Assembly: GCA_043228905.1 (NCBI GenBank)
Contig: JBHGNT010000011.1
Span: 18,414,001 to 18,478,000, forward strand
Direction: 5' to 3'
Length of the DNA: 64,000 nt
Origin: Azolla caroliniana
Taxonomy: Eukaryota > Plantae > Polypodiophyta
The notes under the pieces were generated by a model. The model was not told the origin of the DNA, did not search any database, and saw only the letters and a program-made list of their open reading frames with translations. The translations under genes were made by a program, and so were the position numbers. This document shows, piece by piece, positions 62,814-64,000 of the stretch. The first letter of the stretch is position 1; each line of letters begins with the position of its first letter.

Positions 62814-64000
62814 CTTTTTTTTGTTTTAGGGGTCGATATTGTATGGATCAATAGAGATGGCGTCCCGCTCTGAATTGCTTAGATGCGTTGAGGCGGGCAA
62901 CCAGGGAAATCAGACGGAATTGCAGAAGCGGAATCGGAGCTTCGACATAGTTGAAGATGGGAGGGAAAGTTTGAGGTAAAGAAGGGAAGCTGGGCAGTAT
63001 TATCTGGCGCCTCGAGTCAGAAGGTGGAAGGAAGGAGAGAGGAGGAGCTCCGGAGGAAGTGGCGATGGTGGTCGCGAGCTGCTCAGAGGGAGCTCTGATG
63101 GTGGCGATGGTGGAGCTCGCGAGCAATGGCCATCAGGAAGAGGGAGGGGGGGGGGGGGGGGGAGGCTATGGTGGCGGAAGGTTTTTTTGTTTCTGTGTAA
63201 GAAGGAGGGAGAAGGAGGAAGAGGAAGAGGAAGAGAAGGAAAGAGGTTCCTGCGATGTGGGCGATGTCGCCGCGAGCTCCTACAAGTAGCAGAAGAAAGT
63301 AGTAGCAGGAAGAAGAAGCAGAAGAAGAAGAAGAAGAAGAGAGAGAGAGAGAGAGATGCAGGCGCAGAGAAATGAAGAAAAAAGAGCACGAGACGCAAAG
63401 ACTGTGTGCGTGTGTGTGTGTGTGTCTAGAGAGAGGATGTGAATCTAGAGAGGGGATGTACGCGCACGTGAGATACACACATAGACTGAGAGTGAGATAT
63501 CAATCATCATCATCCATCCATCATCCACCATGACCTCATTCCAAACTTCTAGAGAGTAGATGCTGAGTTTTTCTTTTTTAGAGAGAGAGTCCATGTGCAT
63601 GGTACATTTGGTATGTATGTATGTATGATAGATAGATAGATAGCGCTCTCAACTCCATCACTCCTCCATACAACAAAAGAAGACTTAATTTTATCAGTTC
63701 TTTTTTTTTAATCCTTTAAGAATGAGAGAGAGCCCTTGCTTAGCACACCCTAATAATAATCAGATCGCTCCTCATTCATTCTTAGATGGCTTAGTACTAC
63801 TTACTCCCCCCCCCCCCCCCCCCACCCTAACCCACTTTAAGTGTTTTTTATTATATATATAATACACACACAAATTACTCCCGGCTCAACATTTCCCCAT
63901 TGGTCTATCCAGTAGAGAGAGGATGTGTGTGGCCACCACGCATGTAGAGAGTGGATGTATGTCCGCCCTCGCACTCCCACATCATGGATGGCATGTGGAG

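Overview
Land-plant genomic DNA, probably a fern or other non-seed plant (inferred from the retroelement lineages). Two convergent host genes bound the window: an intronless SUVH-family SRA/pre-SET/SET gene (4011-5963, +) and a three-exon DRB2-like dsRNA-binding protein gene (62813-60173, -). Between them is a ~45-kb retrotransposon nest that can be resolved with target-site duplications (TSDs). A decayed L1 LINE (-) is split by a Ty1/copia element (7696-52423). The copia holds chromoviruses A (9353-37771) and B (43979-49776), non-autonomous element E (38353-43378) and an LTR fragment. A holds twin intact Ty3/gypsy copies C1 (10034-17155) and C2 (28065-35186) and a relative D (17824-26126), which holds a solo LTR. 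Strongest signals: all four complete tRNA-Trp-primed gypsy elements have CpG-centred 4-bp TSDs (RCGT); an antisense tRNA-like Pol III A-box/B-box cassette sits in the U3 of LTRs from two unrelated lineages; and there are covarying RNA elements (self-priming PBS, -1 frameshift pseudoknots, pre-PPT hairpin). Chromovirus LTRs carry heat-shock elements, and the SUVH protein looks catalytically dead. All alignments, counts and structures were done by eye.
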